Origin: Candidatus Micrarchaeota archaeon
GTDB taxonomy: Archaea; Iainarchaeota; Iainarchaeia; JAADDC01
Reading direction: 5' to 3'
Length of the DNA: 55,903 bases
NCBI GenBank assembly: GCA_027046625.1
Contig: JALTXX010000007.1
Coordinates: 1-55,903 of the forward strand
Part shown: piece after piece, positions 11,037 through 19,013 of the stretch
Position numbering within the stretch: the first letter of the stretch is position 1
How the letters are laid out: every line of letters begins with the position of its first letter
Program-made: the position numbers and the translations under genes
The notes under the pieces: model-generated
What the model was told of the DNA's origin: nothing
Databases searched by the model: none
The model's input: the letters and a program-made list of their open reading frames with translations, nothing else

Positions 11037-12851
11037 TCACACCTTGTCCTTCAATTTTAGTTTTGGATATATACCAAGAGATTTAAGCTCATCCAGGAGG
11101 AGCTTAAAGGCGTAGGATATCTCTACCTCCCTTACCTGGGTGGACCCACATACAGGGCAATATCTCTTCTTTCTTATGGCGTCGTCTACACCTATATTTC
11201 CACACTTTTCACATACAAGTACCTTTGTTTTATCAGATTCTTCGACTAGTCTTTCGTACAGCGTCATGGCTGCTCCGTGTCCCACAAGAGTATCTCTCTC
11301 CATTTCTCCAAACCTTATTCCTCCCTCTCTAGACCTACCCTCTGTGGGCTGCCTGGTGAGGATTTGGACGGGTCCTCTGGCCCTCACTTGGAACTTTTGG
11401 GATACGAGGTGCTTTAGTCTAAGGTAGTATATGGGGCCTATGAAAATGTCTGCCTCCATCTCCTCCCCACTCTCCCCATCATAAAGTATCTCCTTGCCTG
11501 TTTTTCTGAATCCGTGGGCCCTAAGAACCTTTTCAAACTCTTCTGCCTCCATGCCCTCTCCCATGGTTGCGTCTACCTCTTTCCATCCCTCTAATGCAGC
11601 CGCCTTCGCACCAAGTATTTCAAGTACATAGGATACTGTCATTCTTGAGATGAATGCGTGTGTGTTGAAGATGAGATCTGGCGTAATACCAGAGGGTGTG
11701 AATGGCATGTCTTCTTGGGGATAGAACATACCTACAACTCCTTTTTGTCCCATTCTAGCGGTAAATTTATCTCCTATCTCAGGAATCTTCTCCTCCCTAA
11801 CCTTTATTTTAACCATTTTATTGCCGTTTTCATCTGTGGTTAGAATTACGGTATCTACATATCCCTCCTCATCAGGTCTTAGTGTAACAGAGTTTTCCCT
11901 TCCTTTCTCTTCCATCACCCCAAAGTGGGCTACATCCTCTAGGAAGCGGGGCGGAGAAACCCTACCTACTAGTACATCCCCTCCCCTTACATAAGTCTCT
12001 GGCTCTGCTATGCCATCCTCTCCCAGCGCATGGTATGCCTCCTCTCCTAGGTACCCACTTACATCTTCTGATGGTATGCCAAACCTGTCCTTCTGTCCTC
12101 CGGGATACCTCCTCTCTATAGCTTCGTAGGTGCGGAAGAATACCGCTCTGAAGAGAGCCCTCTCAATGGAGTCTTTGTTCATAACAATGGCATCTGTCAT
12201 GGCATATCCTTCATAGGGGAGCACTGCAACTATGACATTTTGTCCATAGGGCCTCTTGTCAAGTTTTGCATACTCTAGCATTCGAGTTTTTACAATGGGT
12301 TTCTGGGGGTAGTACAGTACATAACTCATGGTATCCGGTCTAATTCTAAAGTTTGAGGCATATAGGCCCAATCCTTGGTCTCCCATCTTAGAGCCGTGGA
12401 GAAGTCTTGTTGTAAGGTTCTTTTCTGGCCAGGGGATGAGGTTTACTCCCATTCCTACCACTATAGAAGGATGTATCTCTAGGTGGGTGTGTTCTTCTGT
12501 AAGTTCCTCCTCTGAGGTAGCTATATAGGCATTTTCCTCCTCCTCAGCATCCAAATACTCTATGATACCTTGCTTTACTAGTTGATCCCATGTAATCTTC
12601 CCCTCCTTTAACATATTTATGTGGGTCTGTGTGAGGAGGGGCTTGCCATTCTTTACAACGATGAGAGGTCTTGCCAGTCTGCCGGCGTCTGAGTAAATAT
12701 AAACCTCATTTGTATTTTCGTAGTAGGTAATAGATACTGTGGGTGGAATTTGACCACTTCTTCTCCTCTTCCTAAGCTCTTCTACCAACTTCTTTGGTTC
12801 CGGATGGAACCCTATGAGGGAACCGTTTACATACACCTTTGCCTCTTTCAT
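11037..12851 (-). CDS. rpoB1: RNA polymerase subunit B' (Rpo2C)
   Basis: GDKF..R.GQKG, RQPTEGRSREGG.RFGEMERD, C-terminal C4 Zn ribbon. Confidence 0.97.
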   Translation of the reverse strand: MKEAKVYVNGSLIGFHPEPKKLVEELRKRRRSGQIPPTVSITYYENTNEVYIYSDAGRLARPLIVVKNGKPLLTQTHINMLKEGKITWDQLVKQGIIEYLDAEEEENAYIATSEEELTEEHTHLEIHPSIVVGMGVNLIPWPEKNLTTRLLHGSKMGDQGLGLYASNFRIRPDTMSYVLYYPQKPIVKTRMLEYAKLDKRPYGQNVIVAVLPYEGYAMTDAIVMNKDSIERALFRAVFFRTYEAIERRYPGGQKDRFGIPSEDVSGYLGEEAYHALGEDGIAEPETYVRGGDVLVGRVSPPRFLEDVAHFGVMEEKGRENSVTLRPDEEGYVDTVILTTDENGNKMVKIKVREEKIPEIGDKFTARMGQKGVVGMFYPQEDMPFTPSGITPDLIFNTHAFISRMTVSYVLEILGAKAAALEGWKEVDATMGEGMEAEEFEKVLRAHGFRKTGKEILYDGESGEEMEADIFIGPIYYLRLKHLVSQKFQVRARGPVQILTRQPTEGRSREGGIRFGEMERDTLVGHGAAMTLYERLVEESDKTKVLVCEKCGNIGVDDAIRKKRYCPVCGSTQVREVEISYAFKLLLDELKSLGIYPKLKLKDKV

Positions 12852-14317
12852 CCTACCACCGTGGATACACCAAGCTTTCTAAGGAGACGTTCTATCCTCT
12901 CGGGATCGGAATATGTGGTTGTTTTTGCCATGAGAGCGAAATGTTTTACCAAACCACAGGCCTGTCCTTCAGGTGTTTGTATAGGGCAGAATCGCCCAAA
13001 GTGGGTGCCGTGTACCTCTCTAGCTTCGAAGTTCTTTCTCTTCTTAGACAGAGGTGATTTCACCCTTGTAAGTTCATATTGAGGCGCAAGGAAGTTGGTT
13101 CTGTTTAGTATTTGGGAAACTCCCGTCCTTCTATTGGGCCAAGTGCCAGTGTTCATGGCAAAGTTTATGGCGTCAGTAAATGCACTTGGCCTTACTATGG
13201 TCTGGAGCTTTATTCTCTTCCTCCTCGCGAGGGCCCTCTCTACCTGGAACCTTATATCCCTTATTAGGGCCCTCAAGGCAAACACAAAAAGTGTTTCCAT
13301 CTGCCTTCCGGCCAATTCTATTCTCTTGTTGGCAAGATGATCTTTATCATCTACGGGACGTAGGTTGTAGTACACCTCTGATGTTCTCTCGGCCATACGA
13401 ATGAGGAAGTATCCCTTTGCCTTTCTATGCTCTGGTTTTGTGCCTATGTGGGGAAGGAGGAAATTATCTATCACCTCTTGGGCCCTTCTTAGTTGGTAAT
13501 CCTTTATCTGGCCGGGAGCGACAATTCTACCTATGATTTCCATGGCTTGGGATTCGGTTTTTACCTCAGATTGTTCAAGATTGAGGAGCACATCGTTCAG
13601 TATCTCCTTTTCTCCTGTAAGGGCGTCTATAATCTCCTGATCGTCTGTAAACCCGAGAGCTCTCATGAGAACGGTCCATCTGATCTGAAGAACTGAGGGA
13701 AAGGAAACGTTCCATATACCATCCTTTCTTCTTATTACCATAGTTTTACCTGTGTATGCTCCTCTGCGAGAGAAGACCTGGGCTATGATCTTTGTCTTCT
13801 GTTCATCGGCCCTTGACACAATTATTTTGTTGGAAACGGGTTCATCATGTGCTATAATCGCTTTTTCTACACCATTTATGATGAAGTATCCTCCCATATC
13901 CTCCGGATCCTCCCCCAGTCTAATAAGCTCCTTGGGTGTAAGCCCATGCAACCAACAGAGTTTAGACTTTACCATAACAGGTATTTCTCCCACCTTTATG
14001 GTTTGTCTCTGGATCTCCACGTTTCTCCTTATGGCTATCATGTTGAGCCAGAGCTCTGACATATAGCTCTTGTTTCTTATTCTTGCCTCCATGGGGTAGA
14101 GCCTTCTTCTTGATTGATCTTTCTCCCCTATCATAGGAAGCTCCAGTTTATGATCCTTTATCTCTATTACAAGGTCTCCAACCTCAGGATCTATGACAGA
14201 GTGCTCTTCTATGATTTCTGGTAGCCTTTCCTCCACAAACTGGTTGTAGGATTCGAGGTGTTGAGTTACCACATTGTCTGATCTAAAGTAGGCCTCTACC
14301 AGCTCCCAGTACCCCAT
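12848..14317 (-). CDS. rpoB2: RNA polymerase subunit B'' (Rpo2N)
   Basis: GGYFIING.EK, DDKDHLANKR, CP..TPEG..CGLVK. Confidence 0.97.
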   Translation of the reverse strand: MGYWELVEAYFRSDNVVTQHLESYNQFVEERLPEIIEEHSVIDPEVGDLVIEIKDHKLELPMIGEKDQSRRRLYPMEARIRNKSYMSELWLNMIAIRRNVEIQRQTIKVGEIPVMVKSKLCWLHGLTPKELIRLGEDPEDMGGYFIINGVEKAIIAHDEPVSNKIIVSRADEQKTKIIAQVFSRRGAYTGKTMVIRRKDGIWNVSFPSVLQIRWTVLMRALGFTDDQEIIDALTGEKEILNDVLLNLEQSEVKTESQAMEIIGRIVAPGQIKDYQLRRAQEVIDNFLLPHIGTKPEHRKAKGYFLIRMAERTSEVYYNLRPVDDKDHLANKRIELAGRQMETLFVFALRALIRDIRFQVERALARRKRIKLQTIVRPSAFTDAINFAMNTGTWPNRRTGVSQILNRTNFLAPQYELTRVKSPLSKKRKNFEAREVHGTHFGRFCPIQTPEGQACGLVKHFALMAKTTTYSDPERIERLLRKLGVSTVVG

Positions 14318-14557
14318 TTACACCACCACACGGTAATAGATGCTTTTTCCTGCTATGGGGGAGTTACGCTCAAACTCTATTACATCCCCCTTCTTTGCGC
14401 CGAGCTCCACCACCACAGGATCGTTTTCTAAAATCTTTGGAAGCATATCTACGGTAATTTTATATTTTTTCATGAGGGCATCCACTTCCTCCTTCTTTAG
14501 TATGCGGGCCTTGGGTACAAAAACGTGGTCCAGTATAGAACGCTTCTTGGAGGACAT
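14318..14557 (-). CDS. rpoH: RNA polymerase subunit H (Rpo5)
   Basis: HVFVPK, LPKI...DP, GDVI...R.S..AG...YYRVV. Confidence 0.96.
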   Translation of the reverse strand: MSSKKRSILDHVFVPKARILKKEEVDALMKKYKITVDMLPKILENDPVVVELGAKKGDVIEFERNSPIAGKSIYYRVVV

Positions 14558-14588
14558 GGGCTCCCCTCGCTCGGCGCTGGTTTAAGAA

Positions 14589-14608
14589 GTTTAAAAACTG
14601 TTTTAAAC
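14589..14608. promoter_or_regulatory. AT-rich inverted repeat overlapping the probable TATA box of the RNAP operon
   Basis: GTTTAAAA-actg-TTTTAAAC (8-4-8 palindrome) in the 60-nt gap upstream of rpoH. Confidence 0.4.
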
Positions 14609-14617
14609 CTATACCTC

Positions 14618-15391
14618 TCAGCTCAGCAGAAAGTCTATAATTCTTTTGATCCATGCCTGCCAGTCACTCCCCCCTTCCTTGGGTTTTACCTCCTTCCCCA
14701 GCAGGGTGGAAGCTATCTCATAGTAGGCCTTTGAAGCCTTTGAAGAGGGACTTTGCATTACAATAGGTACTCCTTCGTTTACGGCCTTTTTTATGGCTGG
14801 ATCAAAGGGAATGACTCCTATAATTTGAGTTTCAAGTATTTGCTGAGCCTCTTGAACGGATACTTCATCCTTGCCTGTAACCATATTTAAAACAGCGCCG
14901 ATTACAGATTTCCCAGCTGCTTGGGCAAAATAGTTCACCTTTAGAGCATTGTAAAGGGATGGATAGTTGGGATTTGCCACCAGCAGTACCCCATCTGAGT
15001 GATGTACCACATAATGGGTATCCTTTTCTACTCCTGCCGGTCCATCGAATATTACAAAATCATAATTAGGGAAGAGAGGCTCCATAATTGTGAATAGGTT
15101 CTGTAATGTTTCGTCATCCAAGGATACAAGGTTAAATGAGGGGGTTATGAAGTGTACGCCGGAGGGATGTATCCATATCATATTTTCCAATCCCTCTCCA
15201 CCCCTTTGTAGCACCTCATCCATGGTGTTGGAGTTTGGAATGGTTTTGAAGTAGGTTGCTATGGTGGGAGCGGAAAAGTTTGCATCCACAAGAAGCACCT
15301 TGTACCCTTCCTTTGCGAATATTACGGATAGGTTTATCGCAAGCAGAGTTTTTCCAACCCCACCTTTTCCTGATAGAACAGCTATCTTCAT
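14618..15391 (-). CDS. minD: MinD/ParA-family ATPase
   Basis: Deviant Walker A SGKGGVGKT, D.PAG, LNMV, IPFD; C-terminal amphipathic WQAWIKRIIDFLLS resembles a membrane-targeting helix. Confidence 0.9.
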   Translation of the reverse strand: MKIAVLSGKGGVGKTLLAINLSVIFAKEGYKVLLVDANFSAPTIATYFKTIPNSNTMDEVLQRGGEGLENMIWIHPSGVHFITPSFNLVSLDDETLQNLFTIMEPLFPNYDFVIFDGPAGVEKDTHYVVHHSDGVLLVANPNYPSLYNALKVNYFAQAAGKSVIGAVLNMVTGKDEVSVQEAQQILETQIIGVIPFDPAIKKAVNEGVPIVMQSPSSKASKAYYEIASTLLGKEVKPKEGGSDWQAWIKRIIDFLLS

Positions 15392-15798
15392 TTCATCACC
15401 TCCCTAATCTTGTTTATAAAGTCGAGAGACCTTATATGGTCTTCCGGTCTCATGCCCTCATCCTCTGTGGGTACATCCATGCCTTCTGCGTATCGTTTTA
15501 GCAGCTCCGCCACCTCCTTGCTTATCCACCCAATAGATATATAGTAATCAAGTACAGGCTCCAGATCCCTGTTCTTGGAGCGTAGGAACTCCGCCCAGCT
15601 AAAGAGGAGCTCCACAGCTCTGGGATTTGTGGTATCTATCCTCTCAAGGAGATATGATTGAGGAGTTCTTTCCATGCCAATGAGCTTCTCTATCTTGGAT
15701 ATTCTGTGTTTAAGAAGTAGGATTTCCCTCTCTATGTTAAGGAGTCTCTGGTGGAGAGAACTCCTATCAAGCTCTATTCTAGGCTTCTCCACATGCAA
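15388..15798 (-). CDS. Archaellum accessory ArlD/E (FlaD/E)-domain protein with N-terminal coiled coil
   Basis: W.EFL...LDYY..IGWIS.....L..Y..G...DH..SL.FI matches the FlaD/E C-terminal signature. Confidence 0.75.
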   Translation of the reverse strand: MHVEKPRIELDRSSLHQRLLNIEREILLLKHRISKIEKLIGMERTPQSYLLERIDTTNPRAVELLFSWAEFLRSKNRDLEPVLDYYISIGWISKEVAELLKRYAEGMDVPTEDEGMRPEDHIRSLDFINKIREVMK

Positions 15799-15852
15799 TT
15801 CTTTTAAAGGGGCGTTTATAACTCCTGCCGGGTATATTTAACCACTAAAAGG

Positions 15853-16554
15853 TTAGAAAAATATGAGCGTAAGCAGATAGAGCAGAAGAAGCAAAAATAC
15901 TAGATAAGCTATCCATCTAGGAACGTTCAACGTGTCTGCTAATTTGTCCATATACTTTATCCATCCAGATGGTTTTCTAAGTTCTGTCAAAACGTTCTGC
16001 GTAATCTCATACCAACCAAGCTCCCTTTCAGGTACCTTCTCAGCTCCAAATACCATACCTGTAACCCCATCAATATCAATTCTGTAGGAGCCCTCTCTAA
16101 CTTCTACCCATACCTTCCATACCGGCCATAGCAGGAGAGAACCCCCTACCACCTTCACCGCATTCTTTGGAACCTTGAGGGTGGAGGCCAGCTTTATCTG
16201 GGCTAGTTCCTTGGCCTCTTCTTTGGATAAGGAAACATCCTTGACCTCCATTTGATAGGAATGCTTTGGCTCCTTTGTAAACTCTATGGGCATCTCATCC
16301 ATTACGTAGGGTATGTGTTCTATCAAATGACCATCAACCGCTGATATGGCAACCTTACCACTCGTTTCTCCCACAACTGTGTTATTCTCCTCAAAGAAGA
16401 CGTCGTATGTAAAGAGGTATACAGGCTCGTAGACTAGCTTTACGGTACCTTCTTTAAAATGGTGCCAATGTTTGCTTCGCAAAGTGTCCGCTACTATTTT
16501 AGAAAGGTGATCCACACCTATTCCAAGCACCGGCGATGGGTAAGCCAGCTTCAT
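15853..16554 (-). CDS. Hypothetical protein with two 'PV(W/Y)...(D/S)xxxG' repeats and a C-terminal TM anchor
   Basis: 233-aa ORF overlapping the sepF stop (ATGA); C-terminal hydrophobic helix. Confidence 0.8.
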   Translation of the reverse strand: MKLAYPSPVLGIGVDHLSKIVADTLRSKHWHHFKEGTVKLVYEPVYLFTYDVFFEENNTVVGETSGKVAISAVDGHLIEHIPYVMDEMPIEFTKEPKHSYQMEVKDVSLSKEEAKELAQIKLASTLKVPKNAVKVVGGSLLLWPVWKVWVEVREGSYRIDIDGVTGMVFGAEKVPERELGWYEITQNVLTELRKPSGWIKYMDKLADTLNVPRWIAYLVFLLLLLYLLTLIFF

Positions 16555-16907
16555 TTCGATCTACGCTTTATGATTTTTACTCCGGGAGGTGTTACAAGTA
16601 CATAGTACTCTGTAATCCTTGCAATATCCCCTCCGTTGGAGGTGGCATATTCTTTTATCTGAGATACAACATCCTTTACCAGCACCATGTTCTTTGCGGC
16701 AAGCGGTTTTATGTTTAGCAGTACTATGTTACCTTTCTCCAGTTCCTGTATTACAGCGTCATAGTCTTTCTGGCTTACTAGTTGCATGGGTTTTACGTAC
16801 ATCTTCGCCTCTTCTAACATCTCCTCCCCTTCTTCCAGGGAAGCAAGAAACTCATCAAGCTCTATTTCCTCTTCTCTTTTGCCCAGTATGGCGTCCAGCA
16901 GACCCAT
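16551..16907 (-). CDS. sepF: Cell division protein SepF (archaeal type)
   Basis: N-terminal amphipathic MGLLDAILG; GNIVLLNI...GGDIARI...VLVTP.GVKI. Confidence 0.9.
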   Translation of the reverse strand: MGLLDAILGKREEEIELDEFLASLEEGEEMLEEAKMYVKPMQLVSQKDYDAVIQELEKGNIVLLNIKPLAAKNMVLVKDVVSQIKEYATSNGGDIARITEYYVLVTPPGVKIIKRRSK

Positions 16908-16966
16908 GAATCATCACCCCTATTAAACAATTCCTCCGCAGCATTTTAATAAGGAAGGGTGAAAGT

Positions 16967-18157
16967 ATGTCCAACCTCTTTGAAGAGGTGCATAGAGAGT
17001 ATACACTCTTCAGGAATAGAGATGCTCTCTCCCCCCACTATATTCCCTCCCATCTCCCCTATAGGGAAGACGAGATCAGGCTCCTTTCCCAGAAGATAGC
17101 CCCTATTTTATCCGGTAAGAAACCGGAAAATATTTTTATCTATGGGAAGACGGGAACAGGAAAGACGGCGGTTACCAAGAAGGTGTTAAACGATTTAAAC
17201 GAGTATGCAGAGAGGAAGGGACTTCCGGTAAAAGGGCTTTATATAAACGGACGCATGTATGATAGCGAACATAAGGTAATAATGCGCTTAGTTAAGATGT
17301 TGGTTCCGTCGGCGGAGCTAATGGGATATTCCACTTCCTCTATCTATGATATGCTCATGGAGGATGTTGACAGAAGGGAGAGAAGGCTGGTGGTCGCCCT
17401 TGATGAGATAGATATGGTGAAACGAGTAGGAGACCTCATCTATAGACTTAACAGGGCAAATGATGAGCTTGAGAGAGGGTCCATATCCATTATTGGGATT
17501 TCAAACAACCCCCTCTTTAAGGATAGGTTGGATGCTAGAACAAAAAGTACGTTGTGCGAGGTTGAGCTAGTGTTTCCTCCATATAATGCAGAGCAGCTAA
17601 GAACCATTCTGAAAGAAAGGGTGGAAGAGGCGTTTCATAAGGGTGTTGTAGAGGAGGATGCCATATCTTTGGCGGCAGCCTATGCTGCAAGGAATGCAGG
17701 GGACGCAAGGTATGCATTGCAGGTAATGTTGCGAGCTGGGGACATAGCAGAGGAGGAAGGAGCTAAAAAGGTAGGAAGGGAGCATGTAGAGCGTGCAAGA
17801 AGACTGGTGGAGGAGGATATAGTGTATGAGATGATCTCTACTCTTCCAGAGCAGCATAGACTTCTTATTGCAGCCCTTGCAAGCATGATAGTAAAAGGTG
17901 TGGGTGTGGAGACTTTCGGCAAAGGGAAGGTTATTACCTCTGGGATGTTGTATAGCAATTATAAGCGATTGGCCCAGGAAAGGGGCATCACACCGGTGAG
18001 TGATAGATGGTTCAGAGAGTATCTGAATGAGCTGGAAACCTATGGAATTATTGAGGTGCATGTTGCGGGAAAGGGATTCAGAGGTAACACGAGACTTATT
18101 GAGCTTATACCAGATGCAAAAAAGATTGTGTCATTGATGGAGAGGGGAGTCATTTAA
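16967..18157 (+). CDS. cdc6: Orc1/Cdc6 replication initiator
   Basis: LSPHYIP..LPYRE, Walker A GKTGTGKT, Walker B LDEID, FPPY.AEQL, GDAR, C-terminal wHTH ending G.RGNTR. Confidence 0.95.
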   Translation: MSNLFEEVHREYTLFRNRDALSPHYIPSHLPYREDEIRLLSQKIAPILSGKKPENIFIYGKTGTGKTAVTKKVLNDLNEYAERKGLPVKGLYINGRMYDSEHKVIMRLVKMLVPSAELMGYSTSSIYDMLMEDVDRRERRLVVALDEIDMVKRVGDLIYRLNRANDELERGSISIIGISNNPLFKDRLDARTKSTLCEVELVFPPYNAEQLRTILKERVEEAFHKGVVEEDAISLAAAYAARNAGDARYALQVMLRAGDIAEEEGAKKVGREHVERARRLVEEDIVYEMISTLPEQHRLLIAALASMIVKGVGVETFGKGKVITSGMLYSNYKRLAQERGITPVSDRWFREYLNELETYGIIEVHVAGKGFRGNTRLIELIPDAKKIVSLMERGVI

Positions 18158-18181
18158 ATGTTTCTATAAACCCTCATCTAC

Positions 18182-18475
18182 ATGAAGCTCCCCAAGGAGA
18201 TCAAGCTCTACTGCAAAAAGTGCGGAACCCATACACCCCACACTTTAAAGGAATTCAAGAGGAGGCAGACGAGAGGTCTAGCTTGGGGTGAGCGTGTAAA
18301 GAGAAGATATAAGCTAAAAGGATATGGAGCAAACAAGATAAAGGCCCACAGAACCACTGCTGTATACAAACAAAACAAGAAACCTACCTTTGTAGCAAGG
18401 TGCAGCGTCTGTGGGGCACAAACCTACTTTGTAATACCGAAAAGAATGAAGAAAGTGGAGCTTGTCACCGTATAA
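18182..18475 (+). CDS. rpl44e: 50S ribosomal protein eL42 (L44e)
   Basis: MK.PK....YCKKC..HT.H, WGER, KGYG, second CxxC. Confidence 0.95.
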   Translation: MKLPKEIKLYCKKCGTHTPHTLKEFKRRQTRGLAWGERVKRRYKLKGYGANKIKAHRTTAVYKQNKKPTFVARCSVCGAQTYFVIPKRMKKVELVTV

Positions 18476-19013
18476 CAATCTTTTTGTGTGGGATGGTGGG
18501 AAGTATCCCCACCTCCAATACACCTGGAACATCCTTTAACTTTGAGCGGGTAAATTCCATGTCATCCTCGTAGGGTACAATGTCTACCACTGTATTACCA
18601 TGGAAGTTCTCTCTTCTTGCCACTATTTCCCCCACAAGCGAAATGGCAGGTTCCACATCCTCCCTTAGGTGGGAGAGATACTCTACACTTACAGTATGAT
18701 ATTTTCTCCTAAGAAAAACAACCACCCTGTCAGAGAGAGTCTCATACAATCTTAGCGTAAGGGGAGATTCACAGTATCCAACCGTGAAGAAGCCAGTCTT
18801 CTCCCAGTCCATCTCTATGTAGAAGTAGTCGGGCATGCCCTTTACAGAGGGTATATTCAGGGATGTGATTAATCTCCATTGATCTGGTGTGAGAGGAATC
18901 ACCTTGAGATTCTTATAGGCGGCTGCTCTTAGTAAGGGATCCCAGATATTTCTTCCCATAACGGCTATTACTCCATCCTCCGGAAGGAGTTCCTCATAGT
19001 TTATTTCCTTCAT
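18465..19013 (-). CDS. Degenerate ribose-5-phosphate isomerase A-like protein
   Basis: C-terminal GN.VVD...L..VPGVLEVG resembles RpiA; GTGST, DGADE and KGGG are absent; start at ATG 19013 overlaps the upstream TGA. Confidence 0.55.
   Translation of the reverse strand: MKEINYEELLPEDGVIAVMGRNIWDPLLRAAAYKNLKVIPLTPDQWRLITSLNIPSVKGMPDYFYIEMDWEKTGFFTVGYCESPLTLRLYETLSDRVVVFLRRKYHTVSVEYLSHLREDVEPAISLVGEIVARRENFHGNTVVDIVPYEDDMEFTRSKLKDVPGVLEVGILPTIPHKKIVIR

Noticed and set aside
16908-16966. Replication origin next to cdc6
   Set aside because: The flanking gaps are only 59 and 24 nt, with no ORB-like TTCCAGTGGAAAC repeat or unwinding element
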